The notes beneath the pieces are model-generated. The model had not been told where the DNA came from. It searched no databases and saw only the letters and a list, made by a program, of their open reading frames with translations. Of a stretch of DNA of 64,000 nucleotides, positions 45,188 to 55,668 are shown piece after piece. The stretch is from an uncultured bacterium. GTDB lineage: Bacteria; Bacillota_I; Bacilli_A; RF39; UBA660. The position numbers and the translations under genes are program-made. Every line of letters begins with the position of its first letter. Position 1 is the first letter of the stretch. The stretch is from assembly GCA_947169285.1 (NCBI GenBank), contig CAMVPB010000001.1:4273-68272 (forward strand). Direction: 5' to 3'.

Positions 45188-45207
45188 ACTCACTAAGTGA
45201 GTTTTTT
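45188..45207 (+). terminator. terminator after tRNA-Asn
   Basis: ACTCAC-taa-GTGAGT followed by TTTTTT. Confidence 0.55.
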
Positions 45208-45366
45208 ATTTGCTTTAAAAAAGCAAAACTTAGTTTTATATATTTTTGTATTTACTATTTTTAAATTTTATGTTATATTAATTATGTCCCGAAAGGGATA
45301 AATATTCGCAAATGTGTTCAACAACACAATAAAAAAGATATCATATGGTATCTTTTTTATTTTATA

Positions 45367-45906
45367 TTAATAATTAAATGCTTTTCTTTCCATGAAAGAT
45401 TTTGGATGTTTACAAACAGGACACACTTCTAAAGCTTCTTTACCTCTATAAACATGTCCACAGTTTCTACATACCCAAATAGTTTCTTCATCACTTTTAA
45501 ATACTAAATTATTTTTAACTTTTCCTAAAAGAGTTAAATATCTTTCTTCATGCTCTTTTTCAATAGCTCCTACTCCTTCAAAAAGTTTTGCTATTTGATC
45601 AAATCCTTCTTCTCTAGCAGTTTTAGCAAATTCTTTGTACATTTCAGTCCACTCATAATTTTCTCCATTTGCTGCATCTACTAAATTTTCTTCTGTTGAA
45701 GGAACATTTCCTCCATGCAATTCTTTAAACCACAACTTAGCATGTTCTTTCTCATTTCTTGCAGTTTCTTCAAATATAGCTGCTATTTGTTCATAGCCAT
45801 CTTTTTTTGCTTTACTAGCATAATAATCATATTTATTTCTTGCTTGTGATTCACCAGCAAAAGCAGCCATCAAATTAGCTTCTGTTTTACTTCCTTTTAA
45901 TTCCAC
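45367..45906 (-). CDS. rbr: rubrerythrin
   Basis: Ferritin-like di-iron ExxH motifs ([16 protein letters not shown]) plus a C-terminal rubredoxin CRNCGH..CPVCKHP. Confidence 0.9.
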   Translation of the reverse strand: MELKGSKTEANLMAAFAGESQARNKYDYYASKAKKDGYEQIAAIFEETARNEKEHAKLWFKELHGGNVPSTEENLVDAANGENYEWTEMYKEFAKTAREEGFDQIAKLFEGVGAIEKEHEERYLTLLGKVKNNLVFKSDEETIWVCRNCGHVYRGKEALEVCPVCKHPKSFMERKAFNY

Positions 45907-46077
45907 AATTTACCTCCACAAATATTATACTATAAATTTCTTTATTTTGTATATTCAAATTTATAGTTTATTTTAAGTAAATCTATAATTTATTAATTAT
46001 TTCTTTAATATAATATGTCACATACTCGATGACTTTTAGTATGCCTTTTTTATGAGAAAATTAAGGTGGTGGAAGAT

Positions 46078-46308
46078 ATGGAAAATAAAAAAAATATCTA
46101 CTATATTATTGGACAAAATATTAAAAGAATTAGAAAAGAAAAAAATTTAACTTCTTTTAAACTATCTAAAATGTGCAATTTATCACATGGATATTTAAAA
46201 AATCTTGAAGCTAAAAATGTTGACGCCACCATATCAATTGAAACTCTTGCATTAATTGCTAAAATATTAGATGTTGATATAACAGAATTTTTAAAAGATA
46301 TTAAATAA
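46078..46308 (+). CDS. XRE-family helix-turn-helix transcriptional regulator
   Basis: IGQNIKRIRKEKNLTSFKLSKMCNLSHGYLKNLE is a Cro/C1-type HTH. The start is set at the ATG after the GGTGGTGGA RBS. Confidence 0.75.
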   Translation: MENKKNIYYIIGQNIKRIRKEKNLTSFKLSKMCNLSHGYLKNLEAKNVDATISIETLALIAKILDVDITEFLKDIK

Positions 46309-46338
46309 AAAAGTTGTTTTTTAATAAAACAACTTTTT

Positions 46339-47937
46339 TTATTGTTCAATTCTATTAAATAGTAGTGGTAATTCATTTATTAAAATATCCCCTGAAATTG
46401 TAATTTCTTCAAATGTTTTATTACTTGTCTTTAAAATTTCACATAATTTATTAGAAGTATCAGGCATAAAAGGTTCTATTAAATTAGCTATATTTGCCAT
46501 CATGTAAATACAAGTATAGGTTACATCATTGAATTTGTCGATATTATTTTTAGCTAAATTCCATGGTTCGTTTTCGTCATAATACTTATTACCAGATGTC
46601 ACATATTCCATAATTGTCTCTATTGCACTTCTAAGTTCGCCTGCTTCAATCATTTGAGAAACACTTTCATATGTCTTTCTTGTTAATTCAACTATATTTG
46701 AATCGATTTTTCCTTCTTTAATGACACTATCAAATTTTTTCTTGATAAATGATAGATTTCTATTAACAAAATTTCCAAGCACACCAACCAAAAACTTATT
46801 ATGTATAGTTATATAATCATCTAGGCTAAAATTAATATCTTTCTTTTCAGGCCCATTAGCTATTAAATAATATCTAACACTATCTGCTCCATAAGTGTTT
46901 ACCATTTCATTAGCCGTCATCAAATTGCCTTTACTTTTACTCATTTTTTCATTATTCATATTAATATAACCGCTACATATAATTTTGTTTGGTAAATTAT
47001 AGTTCTTTTTCATTGCTAGTAAAAGTGACGGATAAATGACTGTATGAAATGGTATGTTATCTTTTCCATGAACATAATAAGATGTTAAGTCTTTATCAGT
47101 AATAAACTCTTCAAAATTAATACCTTTTTGACTGCAAACTTCCTCACAAGCAGTTAAATAACCAAGTACCGCTTCAAACCAAACATAAATTCTTTTATCT
47201 TCATATCCTTCAATTGGTACTTCTACTCCCCAATTAAGTTGTCTAGTTATAGCTCTATCTATTAACCCCATTTCCAAAAATTTATTAGTTTCGCCAACTG
47301 CTTGACGTCTCCATTTATTTTTTCTTTCTTCTACTAATTTTTGTATATCACCTTGGAAATTTGATAATTTAAAATATAAATGTTTATTAGATTTTAATGA
47401 AGAAGGATTACCACAAGTTTTACAATGTTTATCAAGTACTTCACTAGTTTCTAGTGAAGATAAGCAACTATCACATTGATCCCCATCACATTTACCTCCA
47501 CAATGAGGACAAGTACCAACTATTTCTCTATCTGACAAAAAACAGTTACAATTTTCACAATAATCTTGTAATTCTTCTTTCTCATAAATATATCCATTAT
47601 CATTAAGTAATTTAACTATTCTTTTAACATTTTCTTTGTGAATTTCACTTTCTGTATTTATGTATAAATCATATGAAAAGTTATATAAATTAAAAGTGTT
47701 AACATCTTCATTATGATAAAAATTAGCTATTTCAAATGGAGTTTTATTTTCTTTTTTAGCCCTTTGAGTAATAGGTGTTCCGTGCATATCTGAACCAGAT
47801 ACATATATTACTTCGTCTCCACATTTTCTATAATACCTTGCAATTATATCTCCAGGTAATAATGCAGCTAAATGCCCTATATGTAACAAATAGTTAGCAT
47901 AAGGCCAAGCTCCACCAATTAATACTTTTCTTTTCAT
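46339..47937 (-). CDS. metG: methionine--tRNA ligase
   Basis: HIGH-type motif (LLHIGHL), KMSKS, Cys-rich zinc knuckles (CENCNC..CPHCGG..CDSC) and the anticodon-binding helical domain. Confidence 0.9.
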   Translation of the reverse strand: MKRKVLIGGAWPYANYLLHIGHLAALLPGDIIARYYRKCGDEVIYVSGSDMHGTPITQRAKKENKTPFEIANFYHNEDVNTFNLYNFSYDLYINTESEIHKENVKRIVKLLNDNGYIYEKEELQDYCENCNCFLSDREIVGTCPHCGGKCDGDQCDSCLSSLETSEVLDKHCKTCGNPSSLKSNKHLYFKLSNFQGDIQKLVEERKNKWRRQAVGETNKFLEMGLIDRAITRQLNWGVEVPIEGYEDKRIYVWFEAVLGYLTACEEVCSQKGINFEEFITDKDLTSYYVHGKDNIPFHTVIYPSLLLAMKKNYNLPNKIICSGYINMNNEKMSKSKGNLMTANEMVNTYGADSVRYYLIANGPEKKDINFSLDDYITIHNKFLVGVLGNFVNRNLSFIKKKFDSVIKEGKIDSNIVELTRKTYESVSQMIEAGELRSAIETIMEYVTSGNKYYDENEPWNLAKNNIDKFNDVTYTCIYMMANIANLIEPFMPDTSNKLCEILKTSNKTFEEITISGDILINELPLLFNRIEQ

Positions 47938-47953
47938 GATTTCACTTCCTTTA

Positions 47954-48961
47954 CTATTTTTCTTTTTTTCTATTTATATTAAACACAATACCACCAATTA
48001 ATGTTGGTAAATAATAAGTTGCAAATCTCCATAATATTAAAGCTGAAGAAAGAACACCAGCATTTGCTATAAATACTTCTAAATAATGTATAAATGCATA
48101 TTCAGTGCCGCCACTTCCTCCAGGTATTGGTACGTAACATCCTGTTAAAAATATAAAATTAGATGCTACTATTAGTGATAAAATATGACTTGTTTTAATA
48201 TTTAAAGCTAAGAATACAACAACTACAACTAAATAAAATATAGTTATTGCTATTAATTCCATTATTATACATTTTAATATTAAATCTTTTTTATATTTAA
48301 AATCTTTAAAAGCTATATAATAATCATCACATAATTTATTCCATTTTTCTGAATTAGTTTCTTTATCTTTAATAATTTTAATTTTATATAATGCATTAAT
48401 AAAGAAATTAACTATTTTTTTATTTAAATTTTTACTTATACTAAATACTAAAGCAACTAATAATATAACTACATTTATAATAAATCCCAATACAGTCATA
48501 CTATACAAAAAACCTGTTGTAGGAAACATTTTAAATATTCCATTTATTATGAAAGTAAATATTGAATAAATTATCAAAGATGTTTGAAATATTACAAAAT
48601 TTTGTACAATAACATTAGTCCCATCTAATAACCTAACACCTGTTTTTTTAAGTTCAAAAACTTGCAAAGGTCTTCCCCCTGAAGAAAATGGTGTTATTCC
48701 ATTAAAAAATCTAGTCATTAAAGATAATTTAAATGAATCTTTAAAACTATAATTCTTTTTATACTCTTTTATAAGTAAAAAGATAATATAAGCTTCAATT
48801 GTAAATACTAAAGCATACATTAAAATAGCTAATATAAAATAAAATATATTTATATTCCCCATTATTTTTATAGTAGATGAAAAATTATCCTTTAAAACAA
48901 AGAATAGAACTAATGCAGTTACTACTAAAATAATTATTTCATTTAACCATTTTCTTTTCAT
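47954..48961 (-). CDS. UPF0104/LPG-synthase-TM-like (flippase-like) membrane protein
   Basis: 335 aa with about eight TM helices. PFSSGGRPLQVFEL and IPGGSGGTEYAF motifs are typical of this family. Confidence 0.65.
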   Translation of the reverse strand: MKRKWLNEIIILVVTALVLFFVLKDNFSSTIKIMGNINIFYFILAILMYALVFTIEAYIIFLLIKEYKKNYSFKDSFKLSLMTRFFNGITPFSSGGRPLQVFELKKTGVRLLDGTNVIVQNFVIFQTSLIIYSIFTFIINGIFKMFPTTGFLYSMTVLGFIINVVILLVALVFSISKNLNKKIVNFFINALYKIKIIKDKETNSEKWNKLCDDYYIAFKDFKYKKDLILKCIIMELIAITIFYLVVVVVFLALNIKTSHILSLIVASNFIFLTGCYVPIPGGSGGTEYAFIHYLEVFIANAGVLSSALILWRFATYYLPTLIGGIVFNINRKKEK

Positions 48962-48966
48962 ATCTT

Positions 48967-50772
48967 CTATTTATTATAATATCTAAATCTTTCTTTAGAG
49001 TCTAGTATTTTTTTTCTAAGACGTAAATCATCTGGAGTAATTTCAACAAGTTCATCTTCTTCAATGAATTCTAACGCTTCTTCTAAAGTAAATGTTTTAG
49101 GAGTAGTTAAAGTTAATGCTTCATCTGCCCCAGAACTTCTTGTATTACTCATTTCTTTATTCTTACATGGATTTACATCTAAATCATTATCTCTATTATG
49201 AATACCTATAATCATTCCTTTATAAACAGGAGTTGCAGGACTCACTATCATTATACCTCTATCTGATAAATTCCACAATGAATAAGCAAAAGTATTACCA
49301 TTTTCCATAGAAACAAGTACACCATTTTTACGTTTAGCAAGAGGACCAGCATAAGGTTTATATGAATCAAAACTTTTAACCATTATACCCATACCTTTTG
49401 TATTAGTAATAAATGAATTTCTATAACCAATTAGACCTCTAGTTGGAGCTAAAAACTCTAATCTAGTAAATCCATCAGCTTCTGGAGTTATTCCTTCTAA
49501 GAAAGCCTTTCTTTCATTCATATCATTTATTATAGTTCCAGAATATTCATCTGGTAAACTTATTATTACTCTTTCAAAAGGTTCAAGTTTTTCACCACCA
49601 TCTTCTTTAAATATAACTTCAGGTCTAGATACACCCATTTCATAACCTTCTCTTCTCATATTTTCAAGAAGTATTGATAAATGTAGCTCACCTCTTCCAG
49701 ATACCTTGTATCCATCTCCAGTAGGTAATTCTTCTACTTCAAGTCCAACATTTCTTTCTAACTCTGCCATTAATCTGTCTCTTAAATGTCTACTTGTTAC
49801 ATATTTACCACTCTTACCAGCAAAAGGTGAAGTATTAACAAGTACATTTAATGACATAGTAGGTTTTTCTATTTCAATACTTGGAAGTGGATCAATAACA
49901 TCTTTAGTACATATTGTATCGCCTATAGAAATATCAGGACATCCAGATATAACAACAATATCTCCATATTGAGCACTAGTTGCTTCTACCTTTTTTATTC
50001 CTTCATAAACATACATCTTGCTTATTCTAAATGTTTCGATTTTACCATCATTTTTAACAAGTGACACTGTTTCACCAGTCTTAATAATCCCTTTAGTAAC
50101 CCTTCCTATTCCAAGTCTTCCAATAAACGGATCATAATCAAGTGATGATATTTGTAATTGTAAATTATCAGTTTCACTACCTTTATAAGGTTCTACTTGT
50201 TTAATAATAGTTTCAAGTAAAGGTTCTATAGAATTTGATTCATCTTCAAGTTCATATTTAGCAATTCCATCTCTAGCAGTTCCATATATTATAGGGAAAT
50301 CTAATTGTTCATCAGTAGCACCTAATTCACAGAATAAATCAAAAGTCATATTAATAACTTCATCTACTCTTGCATCTCTTTTATCTATTTTATTTATAAA
50401 AAGAATTGGTCTTAAATTATTCTTAAGAGCTTCTTTTAATACGAATCTAGTTTGAGGCATAGGTCCTTCTGCTGAATCAACCAAAAGAACAACTGTATCA
50501 ACAGTTTTAATAATTCTTTCAATTTCAGATGAAAAATCAGCATGCCCTGGTGTATCAACTATATTCATTTTATAATCTTTATATCTTATAGAACAGTTTT
50601 TAGCAGTTATAGTAATACCTCTTTCTCTTTCAAGAGCACCACTATCCATTACGCAATCAACTACTTGCTCATTATCTCTAAATACTCCATTTTGTTTTAA
50701 TAATGCATCTACTAAAGTAGACTTACCTGCATCAACATGTGCAACTACTGCGAAATTAATAATTTTTTGCAT
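48967..50772 (-). CDS. typA: translational GTPase TypA/BipA
   Basis: AHVDAGKST, DTPGHADF and NKIDK G-motifs, then EF-G-like domains. The start is set at MQKIINF, preceded by AAGGGGA; the ORF track extends 48 nt further. Confidence 0.9.
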   Translation of the reverse strand: MQKIINFAVVAHVDAGKSTLVDALLKQNGVFRDNEQVVDCVMDSGALERERGITITAKNCSIRYKDYKMNIVDTPGHADFSSEIERIIKTVDTVVLLVDSAEGPMPQTRFVLKEALKNNLRPILFINKIDKRDARVDEVINMTFDLFCELGATDEQLDFPIIYGTARDGIAKYELEDESNSIEPLLETIIKQVEPYKGSETDNLQLQISSLDYDPFIGRLGIGRVTKGIIKTGETVSLVKNDGKIETFRISKMYVYEGIKKVEATSAQYGDIVVISGCPDISIGDTICTKDVIDPLPSIEIEKPTMSLNVLVNTSPFAGKSGKYVTSRHLRDRLMAELERNVGLEVEELPTGDGYKVSGRGELHLSILLENMRREGYEMGVSRPEVIFKEDGGEKLEPFERVIISLPDEYSGTIINDMNERKAFLEGITPEADGFTRLEFLAPTRGLIGYRNSFITNTKGMGIMVKSFDSYKPYAGPLAKRKNGVLVSMENGNTFAYSLWNLSDRGIMIVSPATPVYKGMIIGIHNRDNDLDVNPCKNKEMSNTRSSGADEALTLTTPKTFTLEEALEFIEEDELVEITPDDLRLRKKILDSKERFRYYNK

Positions 50773-50862
50773 AAATATCATCCCCTTTAAGCACTCAAAA
50801 GATAATACTACAAAATACATAAAAAATCAAGTATTTAGCAAATTAAAAAAGGCTTATTAGCC

Positions 50863-51156
50863 TTATTTTTTCTTAATTATTTCTTTTTCTTTTTTCGTAT
50901 AAATTGCTGCGTATTTAGTTTTTCTATTTTGTTTATCATAAGGATACTCTTTTAATTCACAATCAGCATCACGATTATACATATCAAACATAATATTAGC
51001 AATTATTATTTTTCTTAATCCATAAAACTGTAGTGCGTATGGTAAAGTTAACATTTCTTTTAATTTTTCAAGATTTTCATCACACAATTCTAAAATGATT
51101 CCATCAAGTTTAAAATAATTCTTACCATTCTTTTCATAAAACAATACTTTTTCCAC
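50863..51156 (-). CDS. hypothetical protein
   Basis: 97-aa ORF with an RBS and no recognised motif. Confidence 0.4.
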   Translation of the reverse strand: MEKVLFYEKNGKNYFKLDGIILELCDENLEKLKEMLTLPYALQFYGLRKIIIANIMFDMYNRDADCELKEYPYDKQNRKTKYAAIYTKKEKEIIKKK

Positions 51157-51218
51157 AATTTATCCCCCTTAAGTATGCGTATATTATATCAAAAAATGAA
51201 GAAAAAGTAAAGTTTTAC

Positions 51219-51644
51219 TTAGTATAGTTGTTCACAAACACCAGGATCTGGTTCATAAAAACAATGACTTTTATATCTTCCTGCATTTCTTTGACCAAAC
51301 CATAACCCCTTACATTCTTCACCCTTTTTAGGAGCATAAAACCATAAAGCATTTGTTGCCGGATAATAATACTCTCCTCTTAATACTCTTTCTGCTAACG
51401 ATTTTTCTTTATTAGTTGCACTACTTGTAAATAAAGGACTTTTAATACCAGTAAAGCCTCCAGGATTTTGATATATAACGTCAGTTATACTTCTTATATT
51501 TTTAAAATCTAAACAATTAGCAATTGCTCTATTAACAATAACATTACCAACCATAAGCATACCAAGATCACCTTCTGCAAGTGCTTCAGCTCTCATAAGT
51601 CTTGCACATAAATCTAATTCTTTATTAGTATAATTAATTAGCAT
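51219..51644 (-). CDS. cwlJ: spore cortex-lytic enzyme, CwlJ/SleB catalytic-domain family
   Basis: ARLMRAEALAEGDLGMLMVGNVIVNR...YKSHCFYEP is colinear with Bacillus CwlJ (~140 aa) as I recall it. Confidence 0.7.
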   Translation of the reverse strand: MLINYTNKELDLCARLMRAEALAEGDLGMLMVGNVIVNRAIANCLDFKNIRSITDVIYQNPGGFTGIKSPLFTSSATNKEKSLAERVLRGEYYYPATNALWFYAPKKGEECKGLWFGQRNAGRYKSHCFYEPDPGVCEQLY

Positions 51645-51733
51645 ATTATCACCTAAAATATTATATGAAAGTATTTGAAATTAGGTAAAAAATATGTTAT
51701 GATATGAAGCCGTTATTAAAAAGGAGGGAAAAA

Positions 51734-52075
51734 ATGGAAAAAATGTTATTAAATACACAGTGGATAATGCTTAATGAAAAAAGATTTCTTATATTAAAAA
51801 ATCATTTAGAAAAACCTTATATTTGGACTTATGTGTATGTAAAAGAGAATGAAGAAGAAACACGTATAGGATTTTACGGGAATTCAATTGATAAAAAAAT
51901 GAAAGAATATATTAAGTATAATAAAGATTATGTAGCTTTTTGTTATATAAATCCATATGCAAAAAATGCAGAATTTATTAAAAAAATTTATGATATGAAT
52001 AATAAAGAATGCTTAGGATATAATGAATATCCTGAATTTAAAAAAGAATATATTAAAACAAAAAAAGTAAAATAA
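51734..52075 (+). CDS. hypothetical protein
   Basis: The start is set at the ATG after AAGGAGGG; the ORF track begins 30 nt earlier. No motif recognised. Confidence 0.4.
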   Translation: MEKMLLNTQWIMLNEKRFLILKNHLEKPYIWTYVYVKENEEETRIGFYGNSIDKKMKEYIKYNKDYVAFCYINPYAKNAEFIKKIYDMNNKECLGYNEYPEFKKEYIKTKKVK

Positions 52076-52135
52076 ACAAAATATTTTACTTTTTATTTTG
52101 GTATGTTATAATATTATTTGTTGAAAGACATATTT

Positions 52136-52209
52136 AGGAGTATAATTCAAAGGTAGAATGACGGTCTCCAAAACCGTTCATGTGGGTTCGATTCCTACTA
52201 CTCCTGCCA
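52136..52209 (+). tRNA. tRNA-Trp (anticodon CCA)
   Basis: AGGAGTATAATTCAAAGGTAGAAT...ACGGTCTCCAAAACCGT...GGGTTCGATTCC..ACTCCTGCCA forms a cloverleaf with anticodon loop CTCCAAA. Confidence 0.9.
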
Positions 52210-52220
52210 TTTTAATAATT

Positions 52221-52243
52221 AGTCGAACTATTCGACTTTTTTT
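52221..52243 (+). terminator. terminator after tRNA-Trp
   Basis: AGTCGAA-cta-TTCGACT followed by TTTTTT. An extended -10 (TGcTATAAT, 52245-52253) for the next gene follows. Confidence 0.65.
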
Positions 52244-52274
52244 ATGCTATAATACCAATTGAGGAGATGAATTT

Positions 52275-53534
52275 ATGAAAATACCATTCAAAGCCGGGAA
52301 TATATTAATTCCTAAAAATGTAGATATGCACAAGTGGAGTGTTGTTGCATGTGATCAATATACTTCTGAACCAGACTATTGGAATGAAGTTAAAAATATT
52401 GTTGGAGATAGTCCTTCTACTTTAAATTTGACTTTACCAGAAATATATTTAGAAGATAGTGATGTGGAGGAAAGAATTAAAAATATTAATGAAAATATGA
52501 AAAAAATGATTGATGAAGATATATTTAATGAATATAAAGATTCAATGATTTATCTAGAAAGAACTCAAAATGATGGAAAAGTAAGAGAAGGATTAATGGG
52601 AATAGTTGATTTAGAAGATTATTCTTATGAAGTTGGTTCTCAAACATTAATAAGAGCAACCGAAAAAACTGTTATTGAAAGAATACCACCTAGAATGAAA
52701 GTTAGAGAAAATGCATTACTTGAACTTCCTCATATAATGATTTTAATTGATGATGAGAAAAAAGAAATAATTGAAAATTTAAAGAATAAAGTTACTAATA
52801 ATGATATTGTTTATGACTTTGATTTAATGCAAAAAGGTGGACATATTAAAGGATATAAATTAAATAATGATACTATTAATGAGGTCATATCAAAATTAGA
52901 AAATCTTGCAGATAAAGATTATTTTGAAAAGAAATATGATGTCAAAGATAAAGGAATATTATTATTTGCAATGGGAGATGGTAACCATTCACTTGCTACT
53001 GCTAAAGCTTGCTATGAAAAGTTAAAAACCACTATGAGTGAAGAAGAATATTTAAATCATCCAGCAAGATATGCTTTAGTTGAACTTGTTAACTTACATA
53101 GTTCTGCATTAGAATTTGAGGCAATACATAGAGTTTTATTTGATGTAGATGTTAATGATTTAATTAATAGTTTATATAATTATTACGAAATTAATGAAGA
53201 TGGTAATGGTCAAAAATTTGAATTAATTACTAAGGATTTTGATAAAACATTATATATTAAAAATCCTAAATCAAATATTCCAGTTGGATCTATTCAAATA
53301 TTTTTAGATGAATATTTAAGAACTCATAATGGCAAAATTGATTACATTCATGGAGAAGATGTTACTAAAGAATTAGGATCTAAAGAAAACAATGTTGGTA
53401 TTATTTTTGACGCAATGTCTAAAAATGATTTATTTAAAACAGTTATTTTAGATGGGGCTCTTCCTAGAAAAACATTTTCTATGGGACATAGTAATGATAA
53501 AAGATTCTATCTTGAAGCAAGGAAGATTAAATAA
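52275..53534 (+). CDS. DUF1015-family protein
   Basis: The N-terminus (IPFKAGNILIPKN...WSVVACDQYTSEPDYW) and overall ~420-aa length fit DUF1015. Confidence 0.65.
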   Translation: MKIPFKAGNILIPKNVDMHKWSVVACDQYTSEPDYWNEVKNIVGDSPSTLNLTLPEIYLEDSDVEERIKNINENMKKMIDEDIFNEYKDSMIYLERTQNDGKVREGLMGIVDLEDYSYEVGSQTLIRATEKTVIERIPPRMKVRENALLELPHIMILIDDEKKEIIENLKNKVTNNDIVYDFDLMQKGGHIKGYKLNNDTINEVISKLENLADKDYFEKKYDVKDKGILLFAMGDGNHSLATAKACYEKLKTTMSEEEYLNHPARYALVELVNLHSSALEFEAIHRVLFDVDVNDLINSLYNYYEINEDGNGQKFELITKDFDKTLYIKNPKSNIPVGSIQIFLDEYLRTHNGKIDYIHGEDVTKELGSKENNVGIIFDAMSKNDLFKTVILDGALPRKTFSMGHSNDKRFYLEARKIK

Positions 53535-53562
53535 AATAAAAACTACTCAATTGAGTAGTTTT

Positions 53563-54018
53563 TTAATAGTCCGTTTTTTTATCGTTTGTTTTATATTTCA
53601 ATTTAGCCTCTCTCATAAAATTGGAAATTTTTGTTTCTATTTCATCTAAACTAGATTTTGGTAAGTTAGTAAGTATTACTTCTTCTTTAACTGTATCAAT
53701 TGTTATTTTTCCCCAAAACAAACCTCTATAAACTTCCATATCATTATACATTTCTGGAGTAATTGTATAGAAGAAACTTCCCCAAAATATTCTCTTAGTT
53801 CCTAGTAATATTCTTTTATTCGTTAACACAACTGCATATGTATTAGCTATTTCTTTTATTGAATCATTTTTTTGTCCGCAAAAGGCATATAATATTTCTT
53901 CATCTGAATCTAAATATCTTTCTACAACTTCAGCGTGTTTTTTTATTCTAAAAGCAATACCTCCTGGGTATTTTCTCCTAAACTCCATTATTCTTTCATA
54001 TATACTCATACTAATCAC
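53563..54018 (-). CDS. small PH-like (bacterial PH/YokE-like) domain protein
   Basis: EEILYAFCGQ...YAVVLTNKRILLG pattern. Start uncertain: GTG at 54018 or ATG at 54009. Confidence 0.4.
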   Translation of the reverse strand: MISMSIYERIMEFRRKYPGGIAFRIKKHAEVVERYLDSDEEILYAFCGQKNDSIKEIANTYAVVLTNKRILLGTKRIFWGSFFYTITPEMYNDMEVYRGLFWGKITIDTVKEEVILTNLPKSSLDEIETKISNFMREAKLKYKTNDKKTDY

Positions 54019-54072
54019 CGATAATATTTTATAATTTTTTTAATAAATAATCAATGATTGCTTAACATTTTA

Positions 54073-54099
54073 AAAACTAGTTGTAAAGAAACTAGTTTT
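54073..54099 (-). terminator. terminator after the DUF4097-like gene
   Basis: AAAACTAGTT-loop-AACTAGTTTT flanked by A and T runs. Confidence 0.55.
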
Positions 54100-54128
54100 T
54101 TAGTTAATTAAAAGAAATGATTATGCTT

Positions 54129-54938
54129 CTATTCTTCTAAAGTTTTAATATTAATACTTCCGATTCCACCTTCAATTTTAATATAATTATAACCTTCACC
54201 TATTTTTGAATTATTTTTTATAGATTCATTATTTAATCTTATTTCTCCTATACCTTTTTCTAATTCAAAACTATATTCATACAAAGGTAATTTTAAAGAT
54301 AAATCAAGTTCTCCAATGCCACTTTCAATTGAACTTTTACCTGTTACTTCAGCATCTATATCAATTTTACCAACGCCAAGTTCTAGATTTAAATCATTTA
54401 ATTTAGAGTTTGATATATTAACACTACCAGCACCAGTTTCAACAAATGTTTTATTAGAAACTATATTATTTAATGCTGTTTTACCAGCGCCTAATTCCAT
54501 TTCTAATAGATTAGTATTAATACCTTCTATATTAACTTTACCAGCACCAGTTTCAATTTTAACTACTTCAAAACTATAATTATATGGAATAGTTACAATT
54601 AGATCTTTGACTTTTGTGTTAAATATCTTTTTATTATTATCAACTATTTTTAGTTTATTATTTTCATTAAATATCTTTATGTTTTTATCAGATGTATCAA
54701 CACTAAACTTATCACCATTTTTAATTATTAGATTAGAACTATTTAAACTGATATCTAAATAACTAAAATTAGTATTATAATCAATAACTTCATTATAATT
54801 AGTATCTGATTCCTTTATTATATTTAAACTTTCAAGAAAAGTTTTAACTCCACCAACTAATCCAGTAAGTAGTGTCATACATATAAATATTGCTAAACCT
54901 ATAGCTAGATATTTAATTATTTTTTGGAATGTTGTCAT
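54129..54938 (-). CDS. DUF4097/LiaG-like putative adhesin-fold protein with an N-terminal TM anchor
   Basis: TM anchor plus repeated G-(A/I)-G-x-(V/I/L) beta-helix-like modules (TGAGKVNIEG, LGAGKTALNN, TGAGSVNISN, LGVGKIDIDA, SGIGELDLSL, GGIGSINIK). Confidence 0.6.
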   Translation of the reverse strand: MTTFQKIIKYLAIGLAIFICMTLLTGLVGGVKTFLESLNIIKESDTNYNEVIDYNTNFSYLDISLNSSNLIIKNGDKFSVDTSDKNIKIFNENNKLKIVDNNKKIFNTKVKDLIVTIPYNYSFEVVKIETGAGKVNIEGINTNLLEMELGAGKTALNNIVSNKTFVETGAGSVNISNSKLNDLNLELGVGKIDIDAEVTGKSSIESGIGELDLSLKLPLYEYSFELEKGIGEIRLNNESIKNNSKIGEGYNYIKIEGGIGSINIKTLEE

Positions 54939-55612
54939 TTAATATCAACTCCTCCAAATAAACAAGTTGCATTTACATATATAACTGGTGATTTATCACT
55001 AGATTTATTATTCTTTTTATCTGATACACCGCCAAATATAGAAGTTGATTTAATTTTAACTTTAACATTATCTGGAACAAATATATCAATTCCTCCAAAT
55101 ATTGCAGTAGTATTTATTACCACATCTTTCTTTATATTTGAATTTCTTAAATCTAATTCAATACCTCCAAATATTGCATCTAAATTGGTTCCCATAAATT
55201 CTTCATCAATATTTATTTTCTGAGATGAAAAAGTAGAACAATAACCATCATTATTATTTTTACTATTTAATTCTTTGATTTTTTTAGATACATTTTTATC
55301 AAACATATTCTTAGATATTAAAGAAAAGCCAATACAAACTAATATAATTGGGATTATTAATTTCCATAGAATATTTAAATCAATAATATTTCTTATAGAC
55401 AATAAAAGCAATACTCCAATTAATACTCCAATCAAACTACCTGTTTTATCCTTATCAACAAATAAATTTATAAATGATGGTATTATAATAAACAAAGTCC
55501 ACCATCCTTTAAAAAATATGTTAATATTAATTACTCCAAATTCATTAAGTGCTAATACTAACCCAACCAATATCAAAATAGAACCCCATATAATACTTTT
55601 ATAATTTTTCAT
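54935..55612 (-). CDS. LiaF-like cell-envelope stress-associated membrane protein
   Basis: About four N-terminal TM helices and a C-terminal domain with repeated IFGG(I/V) modules. Overlaps the downstream gene by 4 nt. Confidence 0.6.
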   Translation of the reverse strand: MKNYKSIIWGSILILVGLVLALNEFGVININIFFKGWWTLFIIIPSFINLFVDKDKTGSLIGVLIGVLLLLSIRNIIDLNILWKLIIPIILVCIGFSLISKNMFDKNVSKKIKELNSKNNNDGYCSTFSSQKINIDEEFMGTNLDAIFGGIELDLRNSNIKKDVVINTTAIFGGIDIFVPDNVKVKIKSTSIFGGVSDKKNNKSSDKSPVIYVNATCLFGGVDIK

Positions 55613-55668
55613 AATTCCTCCAAATTCATTATATAATATTTAAAAAATATTTAAAAGAAAAAAAGTTT

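Noticed and set aside
45907-46077. PerR/Fur-type box in the divergent rubrerythrin/XRE-regulator intergenic region (for example TATAATTTATTAATTAT).
   Set aside because: Register against the TTATAATNATTATAA consensus is off by one in the second half-site. In DNA this AT-rich such near-matches are expected by chance.
50773-50820. 16-codon N-terminal extension of TypA in the ORF track (MYFVVLSFECLKGMIF).
   Set aside because: The conserved GTPase N-terminus begins at MQKIINFAVVAHVDAGKST, and a good RBS (AAGGGGA) precedes that ATG. The extension is probably untranslated.
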